64,000 nt of DNA from positions 161,248,357-161,312,356 of the forward strand of contig NC_068983.1 in the NCBI RefSeq assembly GCF_001194135.2, read 5' to 3'. Position 1 is the first letter of the stretch, and every line of letters begins with the position of its first letter. A model generated the notes under the pieces. It was not told where the DNA came from, did no database searches, and was given only the letters and a program-made list of their open reading frames with translations. The DNA comes from Octopus bimaculoides. Taxonomy: Eukaryota. Of the stretch, positions 1 to 12,900 are shown piece after piece. The translations under genes were made by a program, and so were the position numbers.

Positions 1-349
1 CATTGTGGATCCTAACATGTCTTTTAAGACCCCCATTGGATTTGCAAACCCTCTGGCACACAGCACATTCAAACGTGTGCACAGACATATAATCAGAATA
101 GCTGGGTGAGGTTTGTTTTCCATGGGTTCGCAGGTGAGATTTGAGGCCAGCCAAGGACAGACATGGTCTGTCACAGACTGTGCACACAAAAAGGTCCTTG
201 TCATTCACCTTCTCAGTCTTCACCTTTTTCCTTAAATGTCTCTTGAGCCCTGCTTGCATCATCCTGGCCTCTTCAAATGCTTTCACTCCACTCCACACCC
301 TTGTTCGCCATCCAACTCGATCTGAAGCGAGGACTTCTATACATAAAGC
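1..349 (-). mobile_element. RTE-clade (BovB-like) LINE, ORF2 C-terminal region with two C2H2 zinc fingers; runs off the window start
   Basis: The open minus frame 349->1 (absent from the ORF track) reads EVLASDRVGWRTRVWSGVKAFEEARMMQAGLKRHLRKK...FVCTVCDRPCLSLAGLKSHLRTH...FECAVCQRVCKSNGGLKRHVRIHN. The LAxDRxxWR motif followed by CxxC..GLxSHxRxH is typical of RTE ORF2 ends. Confidence 0.72.
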
Positions 350-890
350 TTACTGTTCTGTTAAGGTAAGGTCAACAAAAAAGTATTCCATCCAGTGAGA
401 GATAAATATCATAAGGCAAGTTATAAAACCTGCCTAACCACGTATCATAATGGTAAGACACTATTAGTAACTCGTATTATATATATATATATATATACAC
501 GCACACAAGCTGTCCCACGTGACGGATACCTCAGGTTATGGAAATTCAGGCATACGGAAATTGTAACATGACTATTTTCAGGACATGGTCTGTAATTTCG
601 ATCTTACGGAAACTCGGATAAATGTTAAGAATTTAGGAATCTACATTTTCTTTATAAGGAAAAGTCCGGCAGTTTAGTTAAGCAAAAATTAGCTAACGAT
701 TTCCAAAACTTTATTCAGGAGACATTCCTAGATATATGCATATATATACATACATACGCGCGCACATATATATATATACATATATGTGTACGTGTGTAAA
801 GTTTTGTGTATGCGTTACGTGTGATGGAATTTTTCACTGTGAATGTTAGTGCTTATGTTTGCATATATTATATCCGGTTACAATATTTAA

Positions 891-999
<109 letters not shown>

Positions 1000-1452
1000 T
1001 TTCTCTATCCCACTGTATCTCTATCTCTTTATACATCTCTATATATGCATACGTTCTTGTCTGTATGTAAATCAACCTTCACCACCAGCACTATCTGTCA
1101 TTCGCGTCACACAACCAGCATCAAGACCAAAACCACCACCACAGCTCTGACCAACCTGCCAAATTTTAATGACCCCCACACAACAGTAAGAAAAGTACAA
1201 ATAAGGCAAGTAACTCCCTCTAAAATTACAAAAACAAACACGAAATAGTATGGCACTACCAGCAGCAACACCGAAAGCTTTACAATCTATGTCACCACCA
1301 CTATCAAACCACCAACCTCTGAACAACCAGCTGGCAACAGCAATAAGGGTATCAACATGGTAGCAATGTCTGTAGCTACATATGTTGTATGCCAATAAAA
1401 AGGTGTCTATAATTTATGATCGAGAAAGAAGCCATTACGTGAAACTGAAGAT

Positions 1453-2180
1453 AGTGCGAAAAGCAATCGTAAAAGGATTATACTGAAAATTAACGTTAAT
1501 CTTTTAAAAGGATTTGATGTGCAAGATTAAAATCACCAACATTGCCGAAACATTAAAACTTACATTAAAACTTGCAACGCCTACAACTGTAAAAAAAATA
1601 CGTAACAATGGCGAGAAAATTACCTCAAAAGCTCAAGAAGTTATTCCCTTAACTTCTCGGACCTTTTTTTTTTTTACAGTAGACCCAACTGTAATGTGAT
1701 ACTTGAGCGTATGGATCGAGGATCTTAATCGACGCATTGTGCCACTAAGCATGATGATAATTTAAATATGGCCAAAAGTTCAAAGTTTGTAAGGCGATTT
1801 GCAGTAAAAGGATGGTGGACCTTCTAATGAAAATCCTTTTCTAGATTAAGGTGTGAGAGCCAACATATGAAATTAATTGATAGAAAGGAAAGACCTAGCT
1901 TTAGAGACTTCTGGAGGAAGTTTAACTACTGGATGACGTAGTTGAGTCATGTAAAGTAAAATTCTCAAATCTGAATAGTGCATGGAAAAACATATAACCA
2001 AGCTTTATCCATCTCTATCCAAGTTATCAAACAAGCAGTAAGTCTACCTCAAATACAGAAATATATCGTGACAAAAAGGTTGTAGGGTTCAAGAAATCAT
2101 AGAGGGTGATGCGGTTGATTGCTAGTGAACCATACAGCAATTTATCTCATAAAGAGTCGATCCTATTAGAACATGAACAG
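1453..2180 (+). mobile_element. Decayed, internally deleted Tigger/pogo transposase
   Basis: Frameshifted pieces RKRIILKINVNLLKGFD / KITNIAETLKL..PTTVKKIRNNGEKITSKAQEVIPLTS / LSVWIEDLNRRIVPLSMMII resemble the CENP-B-type HTH. These are followed by RDFWRKFN / VKFSNLNSAWKNI*P of the Tigger C-terminal part. The DDE core is missing. Confidence 0.7.
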
Positions 2181-2233
2181 GTTGGAAATACAGGTGAAAA
2201 TGCAGAAATTCTACTTAAATCGACTGCAGTCTG

Positions 2234-2367
<134 letters not shown>

Positions 2368-3320
2368 GTAACGAAGCAATTCTAATCTGCCAAATAATTT
2401 GCGTTTGCTTCTTGAATATCGCGTCTTCAACTCTCAGTATCCCTCATATATTTTAGAAGGCGAAAGGAAACTTATTCCACCTTTCTACCATAAACGAAAG
2501 CTTCAACGGAAATAATATACTCTAGCATGAAATAAATGTGACAGAAATGAATCTAGGGTCCTGGTCTTTAGTAATGAAAACGTGCTTATGATAAATATTT
2601 CTGCTACAAATAACAATAACAGAAATAATAATAGACTATGAATTTGAGAAACAGCTAACTCCTTGAAGCATTTGGTTTAAACTCTTGATAAGTAATCATG
2701 CCAAGACATGTTTGTCAATATTAAGTTTGAGAAACTTGATCGTTGCAGTCAGAGTTAGTCCATAAAGATGAGAAAGCATGATTCGTGTGTATATAAACAG
2801 TAATACATGGTAATAAAGAACGCTGTGAGGTGGGTTATATAGCGTAGCTGCACCAGACTGTCTTTATTAAATCATTGGTCAAAGAGCAAGGTCTCAAATT
2901 GGAAAATTCGTAATATAGACAGCGATTTCTAACAATGACAACACTGTGTCTCTGATTAATAAGAGAAAGAAAGAGAATTATGTAATGTTCATGCTTTTAT
3001 CAAAACAATGATTATCTACAACCAAGTATTGAAGTCGAATTCGCGATACTAATAGCATGATTTAATACTACAGCACGCTATTATTAATGAAATGGATGCA
3101 CTTTCAAAAAATGTTTTGGTTTCACTCACGCTAAAATTTTAATGTGGTCAACTGAATCGGCCGCACTGTATTACTGGTATTCATTTTATCGACCTCAAAC
3201 AAAACAATCAACTGAGGAGCCCTATGTTGTCGCTCTACCATTTAGAAATAGCTCAAATCACATGCAAATATTTTTACAAGTGAAGGATATATTGGATAAA
3301 TTAGACTGAAATAAGTTTCA

Positions 3321-3485
3321 TCGAAAAAGACAGGATGGTCTTGGCTAGACTACTCGAAAAGGACAGGATGGTCTTGGCTAGACTACTCGAAAAAGACAGG
3401 ATGGTCTTGGCTAGACTACTCGAAAAAGACAGGATGGTCTTGGCTAGACTACTCGAAAAAGACAGGATGGTCTTGGCTAAACTAC
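3321..3485. repeat. 33-bp minisatellite, 5 near-identical copies
   Basis: Unit TCGAAAAAGACAGGATGGTCTTGGCTAGACTAC, head to tail with no spacers. Confidence 0.95.
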
Positions 3486-3644
3486 TTTTAGTCATATTTT
3501 TGTTTACCCAGTACAGAGCTGGAGTTACATAACAACAATCTGGGTGGGATTAATGACACTCTATATCTCTGTGGAATTTGTATAGATCGAACTTTGAAAG
3601 CATTGAATCTGACAAATACAAATTATTTAATCCAATTTATATAA

Positions 3645-3862
3645 AATATTGGTTTCAAATTTTGGCACAAGGCTAACAACTTCGAGGAAGGGATAAGTCG
3701 ATTACATCGATCCCAGTATTCAACGGATATTTATTTTTTCGATCCCGAAAGGATGAAAAGTAAAGTCAACCTCAGCAGAATTTGAACTTAGAACGTAAAG
3801 ACAAATGAAATACCACTGAGGATTTTGTCCGGCGGGCTTACGATTCTGCCAGCTTGCGGTTT
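3645..3862 (-). mobile_element. tRNA-derived SINE family B (~220 bp, head AAGGCGGCGAGCTGGCAGAA)
   Basis: Matches many other copies in the window (core GACTTTGCCTTTCATCCTTTCGGGGTCGATAAAATAAGTACCAG, tail GGCCTTGTGCCAAAATTTGAAACCAAT). Confidence 0.85.
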
Positions 3863-4901
3863 TGTAATATTAATATTACAATAAATAATAGAAGTCATAT
3901 AGTGCAAAAGCAACTCTAGCAAGATGCAGCTCTATTTCAGATGTTTTAGTGGTCAATTTGATTTTAAGGTTGATAAGGCTTAGAATTAAAGGTTTCTCTC
4001 CTCAGCAATTTTAAGCGCGAAAGATACTTTAAATCAAATTAGTTTCAAGTGCGTCTACATGAAATTCATATAAGTGAATCAATTATCGTTCAAATATAAG
4101 ATTAGGTACATATTCCCTGCCTTTTTAACGGTCGGTCCATTTTTGTATGTGCAGGAAAGAGACTTTGGTAGGGCAACTCTAGTTCCATCTTCAATTTCAA
4201 CAACTGTTTGAAATATGAATACAGCGGTGACAACGCGGGGCATCCAAACCTATCATTGTCGCTTAGAATCATGATAAAAGAATCTAACAAAGTCTTCTCA
4301 AAGGTTATAACTATCTTAGTGGGATCTATGCAAAATAATCAACTTAATTTTGTTACTATATTAATTGTTACTTCATTTTAAATTCAAGCCAAGAAAATAG
4401 TTAATATATAGATTAAAATTTCATACACTGAAAATCTACGCTACTTCTACACAAAGTATTAAAAATGTAAACTGAGTACAAATGTTCAACGATGGCAACT
4501 CATAAGATAAGAGGTCAATAACACACCACACTTATCGGCCAGCAACACAACTGGCACAATTCAGTACTTGCTACTGTTAGTTTTGCTAAGCGGGGGGATT
4601 TTCATATCACATAAAGTGGTTTGTAAACAATAAAGAAATGCAGTTAATCCATAGAAATTTGCTTTTAAATCTGACTTTGCAAATTGGCTTTATTTTGTTG
4701 TGCGTTACAGTTGTGTTTGTAATCATTACACTTAGAATGATATGCTTGTGTTGTATGATCAATTATTTTCACTTCCCATGTGTTTGTGATGCTTATGGTG
4801 TGTAATAGGTCCAATTCCTATTCTATTAACGGTCTGACTTCTTTGTGTATTCAGTAATATATGAATACATCAACACTCACACACACACACGATAGATAGA
4901 T

Positions 4902-4944
<43 letters not shown>

Positions 4945-6399
4945 GATAGACAGACAGTGTGTATAAACGAAAGAAAAGAGCACCCAATATATTCGGTAGA
5001 TTAGCATCTGTAGATGTAAAATTGATGACTGTCAACGTGCAATCAACGAAGCTTCATCGGCATGCATGTTTAATGAAACTTCACACATATTCTACTAGGG
5101 TACAGTTTTAGCCGCGTATGATTTGAAAGGTAGATCTTAATTTATCATTATTAAACTTTATTTTTATCGATCGATGCACGTCCCATGGGAGAAACTGTTG
5201 CAGGCCACTGGTGTGAGACTCCAACGTTGAGCACTACTAGTATGTATCCATCATTCCATGCTTTTCACATGCAAACCAGCGTGGCTCGCTATGAGCACTT
5301 TAGTATTTTCACAATGAACTTACCGGCGTCGCTGACATTCGGTGAACAGTCTCGGAGGAACAGTGCTGGCCATAGCGACCGAAAAGTAGACGTACTACCG
5401 CAATGCAGATGGCGCCTGATATAAGCCAGACAGGGGTTATTTGTTAAGAAAGAAATTTATTACACGTTATTTCTGTCTTGCAGAAGATGATTGAATGACT
5501 GTTACGATTTTCTGTGATAGTCAAATGAAAATGTCTAGCAGAATTGTTCGTCTTTGACGCAATTGGAAATAAACTCTGATTTTCTTAGTAGAGAATCAGC
5601 GGCCTGCTTCAATATATGAAGTCCCTCAAACAGTCCGAGCCTGAACTTTTGCAATTTATAAGGCTATAAGAAAACTAAATGAACAATATTTCAAAACATT
5701 GTAAAGCAACGTGTCTTTGGTTTCAGAGCTATCACATGAAATGAAACCGAGAATGGAGTTTAGCAGATGTTGAATGCAGTTTTGAATTTGATAGAGGTGA
5801 TCTCTGCATAAATTCTCAATGTATCTTAAAACAGAGTGAATATTGTTCTATGTTTTCTAACAAAGAATATTCCCGAAAGAAAAACTAGGCATGAAAATGT
5901 AAATTAGTAAGCAATAAACCCTAATTAGAACTGTATAAAAGCATTGACCTAACTACATAGAAATCAAAGGATATTTATTTTTGTATATATATTCATATGC
6001 ATACACTCACTTACACATATATATATATGTTGGGGACGACCGTGCGAACTCAAAAAGGAGAAATGGTGACGAATGGAAAAACAGAGGACTCCTTTTATTT
6101 AAACGCGTCACACGGTCGAACATACAAATATATATATCAATGATGATATAGATGATATGTTATGCGACGATAACATAGATGACCAGTAATGAAAGACCAC
6201 AACCGTATAAGATGAATAACAGAGATATTTATTATAGCGTTAAAGATGTATGTCTGTGTGTGAGTGTGAATGCGACATATAAGAACATAATCAAAGACAG
6301 GCCGTCATACAAAGTAAAGTGTGTATGTGAGTGATACATGTGTGTATGAGAAATATTACAGCAGAGAGAAAGAGAGTCAATAACACGTGAACAATTATA

Positions 6400-6999
6400 C
6401 CAGTTCGTTAGTACACTATAGGAAAAGTTCTGCATGTGAAAGTGAGGAGAGGCTGAGTGTGGCAGTGCTGNNNNNNNNNNNNNNNNNNNNNNNNNNNNNN
6501 NNNNNNNNNNNNNNNNNNNNNNNNNNNNNNNNNNNNNNNNNNNNNNNNNNNNNNNNNNNNNNNNNNNNNNNNNNNNNNNNNNNNNNNNNNNNNNNNNNNN
6601 NNNNNNNNNNNNNNNNNNNNNNNNNNNNNNNNNNNNNNNNNNNNNNNNNNNNNNNNNNNNNNNNNNNNNNNNNNNNNNNNNNNNNNNNNNNNNNNNNNNN
6701 NNNNNNNNNNNNNNNNNNNNNNNNNNNNNNNNNNNNNNNNNNNNNNNNNNNNNNNNNNNNNNNNNNNNNNNNNNNNNNNNNNNNNNNNNNNNNNNNNNNN
6801 NNNNNNNNNNNNNNNNNNNNNNNNNNNNNNNNNNNNNNNNNNNNNNNNNNNNNNNNNNNNNNNNNNNNNNNNNNNNNNNNNNNNNNNNNNNNNNNNNNNN
6901 NNNTGGACGAAGCTGCTGAAGTGGTCGCTGGCTGCTGCTGCTGTCGTGTGGTACACGGAACAGTTCTCAAAGAGAAACTGGACCGAGACAAATTATTGG
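6400..6999 (+). other. Possible non-coding first exon of the chordin-like gene (mostly gap)
   Basis: Non-repetitive, CTG-rich UTR-like sequence ending at a GG|GTATGA donor. Only inferred. Confidence 0.25.
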
Positions 7000-7060
7000 G
7001 TATGAGTTGATCTATATATAGCGTTAAGAGGGCTCCAAATGCCTTTAGAATTTTACTCTA

Positions 7061-7156
7061 TCACGTGACCTTATTAGGGGCCGTGATTGGTCAGTTTGCG
7101 TTCTGGCGGGAACGGTTCGAAGAAATTGCCGATTCGAATAATAATCAGTCACGTGA
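7061..7156. promoter_or_regulatory. Cluster of promoter/enhancer motifs
   Basis: Two (G)TCACGTGA E-boxes (7061-7068, 7148-7156), an inverted CCAAT (ATTGG 7086-7090) and an E2F-like TGGCGGGAA (7104-7112) in a locally CpG-rich 100 bp. Confidence 0.35.
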
Positions 7157-7663
7157 TGAGAAGGAATGGGTTCTCTACTACGCTCGCATTTATTTATATT
7201 TAAATGAGAAGATTGTATGTAATGGCGATAGTAGTTTTGTATCTAATGACGATAGGTAGTTTCACTACATATACACAAACACACATACATATATATTATT
7301 ATATATTATGCATATATGTGTTTATGTGTATTCACACTTATATTGATCTCTCTCTGTCTCTCCATATATATATACATATATACATATATATTTGCCAACT
7401 AAATTTGCGGTCCAATAGAGGACGGTATTACTGTTGTTTTTAGCCCCAGGAAGATATTTCCTCCACCTGGTCAACGACACACAGTGTCCGATTAGTATTT
7501 GCGAAGGAGGTCATCGCTCCCATCTCTAGCCCTACGTGATACACATAGACCCAAGTTTCTGGGTAGTTACCCGTCTTCAGTGTATGTTAATCACCAGCTA
7601 GTGATGAAGAACTCATTCCACTCGCAAAATACTATATCCTTTTCCCACACTGTCTGTCAATCA

Positions 7664-7717
<54 letters not shown>

Positions 7718-7891
7718 ATCCCTTTTCCAGCGACACACTGTCGCTGATTTCGTAAAAAAGAGAGATAAGTTACATTAAATCTCTGAGCGAGAGATAAACA
7801 GTAACAGTACGGAATCGTAAAATATATTTGCCAACTAAATATATATAACCACACGCGCGCACACACACACACACACGCGCGCGTGTATATA

Positions 7892-8800
7892 CGAGGGGAG
7901 TTCATTAAAAATTTCCCCTGACCCACTTCCCAAGGACCGGGATAACCGAAACTTGGCATAATTATTAGTCCTTCTCTACATGGCCACCACCAATGGTGAC
8001 ACACTTCTCCCATCGCTTTATGCAGCTGTGAAGACCTCGTCTGTAAAAGTCGATAGGCTGCGTTTGGAGTCAAGACTTTACCTCGTAAATAAGTTCATCA
8101 TCACCCGAAAAGTGCTTCCCCTTCAAGAAAGACTTAGTTGGAAAGAGGTGGTAGCCAGTTGGTGCGAGGTCGGGAGAGTAAGGGGGATGAGGAAGGATTT
8201 CATAGCTGCAGAAGTGTGGTTTCATCTGGGCAACATGCGCATTGTGAACTGGGGCGTCGTCTTGAAGGAGGCAAACTCCTTTAGTCAGCATACCACGCCT
8301 CTCTACTTTGATGGCGTCACACAATTTCTACAGCAGAGAAGCATAAAATTGTGGTGCCCTTTGCCAGAAAATCCATCATCACTATTCCGCGCTGGTCCCA
8401 AAAGACCGTAAGCATCATCTTGCCTTTTGAGGGTTGGATACGAGCCTTCTTTGGAGGTGATGAGTTATATTTCCATTGCTTCGACAGGACTTCAATCTCA
8501 GGATCATAGTGATAGACCCATGTTTCATCCTGTGTGATAAGTCTGCTGAAAACGTCCTCCTCATTTTCTTGGCACATTGCCAAAAGAGCCTGGGAGCAAA
8601 TGACTTGTTCCTTCTTCTGAAAAGGTGTGCGCATCTGGGAAATCCATGATACGGACAACGTTCGCATGTGCAATTGGTAATGAATGATTTTTTCTGCGGA
8701 CCCTACAATTTACTTCACTTCTTGGGCTAGTTGCCGAATAGTTATGCGGCGATCCTCCAATAACCGGAAGTGGGTCAGAGGAAATCTTTAATGAACACCC
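7892..8800 (-). mobile_element. Mariner (Tc1/mariner, DD34D type) element, internally deleted and non-functional
   Basis: ~40-bp TIRs (TA-CGAGGGGAGTTCATTAAAAATTTCCCCTGACCCACTTCC and its degenerate inverse at 8765-8800). Frameshifted transposase with ITQDETWVYHYDPE, MMLTVFWDQRGIV, LLQDDAPVH and LPHPPYSPDLAPTGYHLF (third D mutated). The HTH region is deleted. Confidence 0.92.
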
Positions 8801-8812
8801 ATATATATACAT

Positions 8813-8855
<43 letters not shown>

Positions 8856-9319
8856 NNNNNNNNNNNNNNNNNNNNNNNNNNNNNNNNNNNNNNNNNNNNN
8901 NNNNNNNNNNNNNNNNNNNNNNNNNNNNNNNNNNNNNNNNNNNNNNNNNNNNNNNNNNNNNNNNNNNNNNNNNNNNNNNNNNNNNNNNNNNNNNNNNNNN
9001 NNNNNNNNNNNNNNNNNNNNNNNNNNNNNNNNNNNNNNNNNNNNNNNNNNNNNNNNNNNNNNNNNNNNNNNNNNNNNNNNNNNNNNNNNNNNNNNNNNNN
9101 NNNNNNNNNNNNNNNNNNNNNNNNNNNNNNNNNNNNNNNNNNNNNNNNNNNNNNNNNNCCCTACAATTTACTTCACTTCTTGGGCTAGTTGCCGAATAGT
9201 TATGCGGCGATCCTCCAATAACCGGAAGTGGGTCAGAGGAAATCTTTAATGAACACCCATATATATACATACACACATATATGTACATACTCACATCCAC
9301 ATATGTATATATATGCATA

Positions 9320-9450
9320 TCAGGGTACAGGACGTTAGAACAATAAACTACAGACAACAGAACGAACACATAGGAAAACGGAAAGCCACTTGGAATATCC
9401 CTTCATCAGCTGTCTCTATTCTATCTAGACGTTTCGAAGATAAGACAGAG
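9320..9450 (-). mobile_element. Penelope-like pLTR/tail fragment
   Basis: The minus strand has CGAAACGTC...CTGATGAAGGG then a T-rich tail ending AACGTCCTGTACCC, shared with the fragments at 22.7 kb and 35.3 kb. Confidence 0.5.
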
Positions 9451-9644
9451 CGTACTCTAGAATAGTCTACACATAAAACCCTAAAGCTAAAACCAGTACA
9501 AACGCACGAATGAGGTCATAAATAACAGTAACGCTGTTAGTTGTTGTTGACAAACAACGGCAGTAATTTTATTCAAGTGAAAAGATCCCATTACACCGCC
9601 AGAACTTGCTGTTGACAAACCACAGCAGTAATTGTTTTCACCTC

Positions 9645-9800
9645 AATAGACGTCATTGATTGGTTGAAATTACCGAAATACGACAACTTTAACACGAAAT
9701 AACTTCGAAAAGAATGAATTTTCTTAAAAACGCCAAGAGTAAATCATGTTTTAAATGACACATTCTACCAGCATACGAAATTTAAAAGTGTTTAGTTACA
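9645..9800. mobile_element. Diverged arm of the MITE family seen at 32341-33008
   Basis: GACGTCATTGATTGGTTGAAATTACCGAAATACGACAACTTTAAC...TGACACATTCTACCAG aligns by eye with the reverse complement of the MITE left arm. Confidence 0.6.
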
Positions 9801-10190
9801 AAAAATTATTTTTTCTATGTGCCGGCCAAAGGAAAAGATCCTTCTTTTTTCCTTCCGGTAAAATTTTGTATATATACTACCGTTCTGGCAGTTAAGTTCT
9901 GTAACATATTCTGTGGTGGCAACAGATTTGTTTCGTTGCCACTTTTTTTAATGAGATTTCGAAACTTAAATAATTGTTCCTTTGACACCTCCAATTCACA
10001 AAAATTACCCCCAACGGCAGCAGAGAAACTGGGTTTTTCCTTTCCTTCCTGATTAGAAACTTGGTTACTTTCTCTCATTGCCTAGGAATCTTCCCTGGAG
10101 AACAGAAAGTCGACATTCGACAACAAATTCAATTCCACTTTTACAAATGGCCTCCGAATAACAGAAAAACCATAAATATTTTTGTCGAAA

Positions 10191-10222
10191 ATGACAAAAA
10201 TTAATTTTTTACCTTGCAACAG
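10191..10222 (+). CDS. chrdl: Candidate start-codon exon of the chordin-like gene (exon 10086-10222; coding MTKINFLPCN-R)
   Basis: Strong acceptor TACTTTCTCTCATTGCCTAG at 10085, AAAATG context, and a phase-2 donor AG|GTAAAA that joins the phase-2 exon at 50746 in frame to give a plausible 27-aa signal peptide. Confidence 0.45.
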
Positions 10223-10983
10223 GTAAAACAAAATTACAAGAAACAGTCCAACAAGTTATGCAGAAAACAATTTTCTGCCACGTAGGGCGAAATTTTTCGT
10301 CCAAACGACGACATCAGTTCAATTTCAACAAGAGGTCAAACGTAACAATTTCAAAAAATAATCAACAACAACAAGAAACATTAACCAAAAAAACTCATTA
10401 ATAAACAGCAGCCGAACGCAGAAGAGTGACAACCAACGAACGGTTGGTGATAGGAAGTAGTTCTCAATACAAATATACATACTTTTTCCAGTGACGAAAA
10501 GTCACTGATCTCGAAAAAGTAGAAACAAGCAATAATAAATATCAGAGCGAGGCATAAACAGTAGCAGCACGAAATCGTGAAGTATATTTGTCACCTAAAT
10601 GTGACTAACCCATAAGGGTAGATGGTACTATATGTATATATATATATATATGTGTGTATATATGTATAAATAGATATATATGTATATGTGTGTGCATGAG
10701 TATGTATATAAATATATATATTGCAAAATTATACGTGCGCATAAACACTCACGTACGGCAGCGCGCATTGAATCTTCGATAAACTGAAGCAATACTGGAA
10801 ATATTTAGACTGCATGCTGTACATGAACTGAATTAAATTCTGTAAATATCATATAAAGCATATTCATATGTATTTTATATGATTATTTCACTTTATGGAA
10901 CAATTAATATATATCGTAAATTGTCGCTTTTATGTGGATGACAGCTGAACTTGGAAGTTGTCGATGCGTTGTGGGAAGATATA

Positions 10984-11366
10984 TTGTTGGCATTCCGTCG
11001 CTGACGACGTCGAGGGTTCCAGTCGATCCCACCAACGGAACAGCCTGCTCGTGAAATTAACGTGCAAGTGGCTGAGCACTCCACAGACACGTGTACCCTT
11101 AACGTAGTTCTCGGGGATATTCAGCGTGACACAGTGTGACAAGGCTGAGCCTTTGAATTACAGGCACAACAGAAACAGGAAGTAAGAGTGAGAGAAAGTT
11201 GTGGTGAAAGAGTACAGCAGGGTTCGCCACCATCCCTTGTCGGAGCCTCGGGGAGCTTTAGGTGTTTTCGCTCAATAAACACTCACAACGCCCGGTCTGG
11301 GAATCGAAACCTCGATCCTATGACCGCGAGTCCGCTGCCCTAACCACTGGGCCATTGCGCCTCCAC
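10984..11366 (-). mobile_element. tRNA-derived SINE family A (~390 bp, head GGAGGCGCAATGGCCCAGTGGTTAGG), full length
   Basis: Pol III A/B boxes, CAA tail, and an 11-bp TSD GGGAAGATATA at 10973-10983 and 11367-11377. Confidence 0.92.
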
Positions 11367-12789
11367 GGGAAGATATACAGATTAGGAATTGTCATAACAA
11401 GTTTGTATAAGCTATGATACTCCACTGATCCTTGTGTCCCACACGTAGAAGAGTAAGGCGTGTAGAGAGAAGCTGAGTTAAGAAACAGTGGATCAACATT
11501 ATTATCAGCAGGTCTAATACCAACGGCAGGTTTAGAATGAATTTGCTTGAGAATTGAGTCGAGTTTCAGTTACTTTGCTCACTTCTTCTGGATGATGTGT
11601 AACCCTTAAGTTCTAAGAGAATAATATTATAGCTGAGCATCAGTTTCGGTTAACAAGGTCAGTTAAGAAATGGTGTTATCTTCTTTGGTTTAATTTCTTT
11701 CGGGCTGCAATTATTCCTTGATCTATTGGGGTAAGTAAAATTGGGCGACAAGAACTTTATCGTAATTACTGATGAGATGGCAACTCGCTAGGCAAGCAGG
11801 ATCGATGTCTAAAATAACTATTACTTTCACCCCATCAGTACAAACTTTGAAAGGACATGGATGAAATGTGGAGAAAAGACAAAACAGACGTTAAGGATTA
11901 CATGTTGAATTACGGTTTCTTGGTGTGTTCGCAAAGCACGGGCAGCTATCTTTCAAAAACTCGTGGATGAACTGACCTGGCCACAACCACTAACTACAAA
12001 TGAGAATTACAAATAGTCTCAAAAGTCATGAATTCTTCAAAATTGTGATGTCGTAAAGAAAAATAGTATGACTGTTTGGTGAATATGTATATATATATAT
12101 AAAGAGGCGACTCTAGGTTATTAGCGTCACTCAGTCTCGTCACAAATTTCGTCACTCCAGCTTATCACAGATTTCGCAAAAGACATACCTGCTTGAAGAA
12201 CTTCACGTTTTTCCGCAATATTTCTAGCCCCACATGATTTTTTTTTTTATATATCTAGCACAATGTCTTTCTGCATTTCTAAGTTAAGGGTAAATATAAA
12301 GCAACCCTGCAAAACACAACTGATCTTTACACACAGACGCACAGAATAACAGCAATCAAGTAACGACCGTAGAGTGCACAAAAGACATTGACGATATGAC
12401 TGTCGACTGTACTCTTGACAAGAGATGTCAGTTAGTCTTTTACACCTACCAGGCTCGTTCGTATTAGTCCGAGTTGCTGGATAATTTTTCGTTCCTTTAA
12501 GAATATTGTAGAACAACTTTTCATAGATTGGAATTTAAATTCAAATCTCTATAGAAATTTATTGTTTCAAGAAAACACCGAATTTGAATTAGTTTCAATT
12601 TTTACGATTATATATTACAACTCGGGCTGTAACTTCTAAGCCCGATTCAGGCGCGTGTGAACGATGTCGAGAGAACATCTATGAATATATATGAGAGAGA
12701 GAGAGAGAGAGATTCAGATGAATATGGTACTTAAGTTGAGGCACCAGAATTTAGCATGGTATTATCCATACAATTTCAAAATAAGGTGA

Positions 12790-12900
12790 TTAAGATCAAA
12801 ATAAGCAGCAAGGATATCCAGAGGTATTGCAATACGATCGTTTCAAGCAACTCCATTTAATTGAACAATGCAATCATTTCATCAATTTAAATGCAGAGCA
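12790..12900 (-). mobile_element. Penelope-like tail fragment (related copy at 50110-50210)
   Basis: Shared CGATCGTTTCAAGC..TCCATTTAATTGAA..ATGCAATCATT block. The minus strand shows TTGATGA...GAAACGATCGTA. Confidence 0.45.

Noticed and set aside
3321-3485. CRISPR-like 33-bp repeats
   Set aside because: There are no spacers or cas genes and the context is eukaryotic; it is a plain minisatellite.
5185-5430. GC-richer patch with a 79-aa ORF
   Set aside because: No recognisable motif or splice pair; probably old TE sequence that I could not assign.
9159-9278. Second copy of the mariner end (identical to 8701-8820)
   Set aside because: An identical sequence on either side of a gap is most likely an assembly overlap or haplotype artefact.
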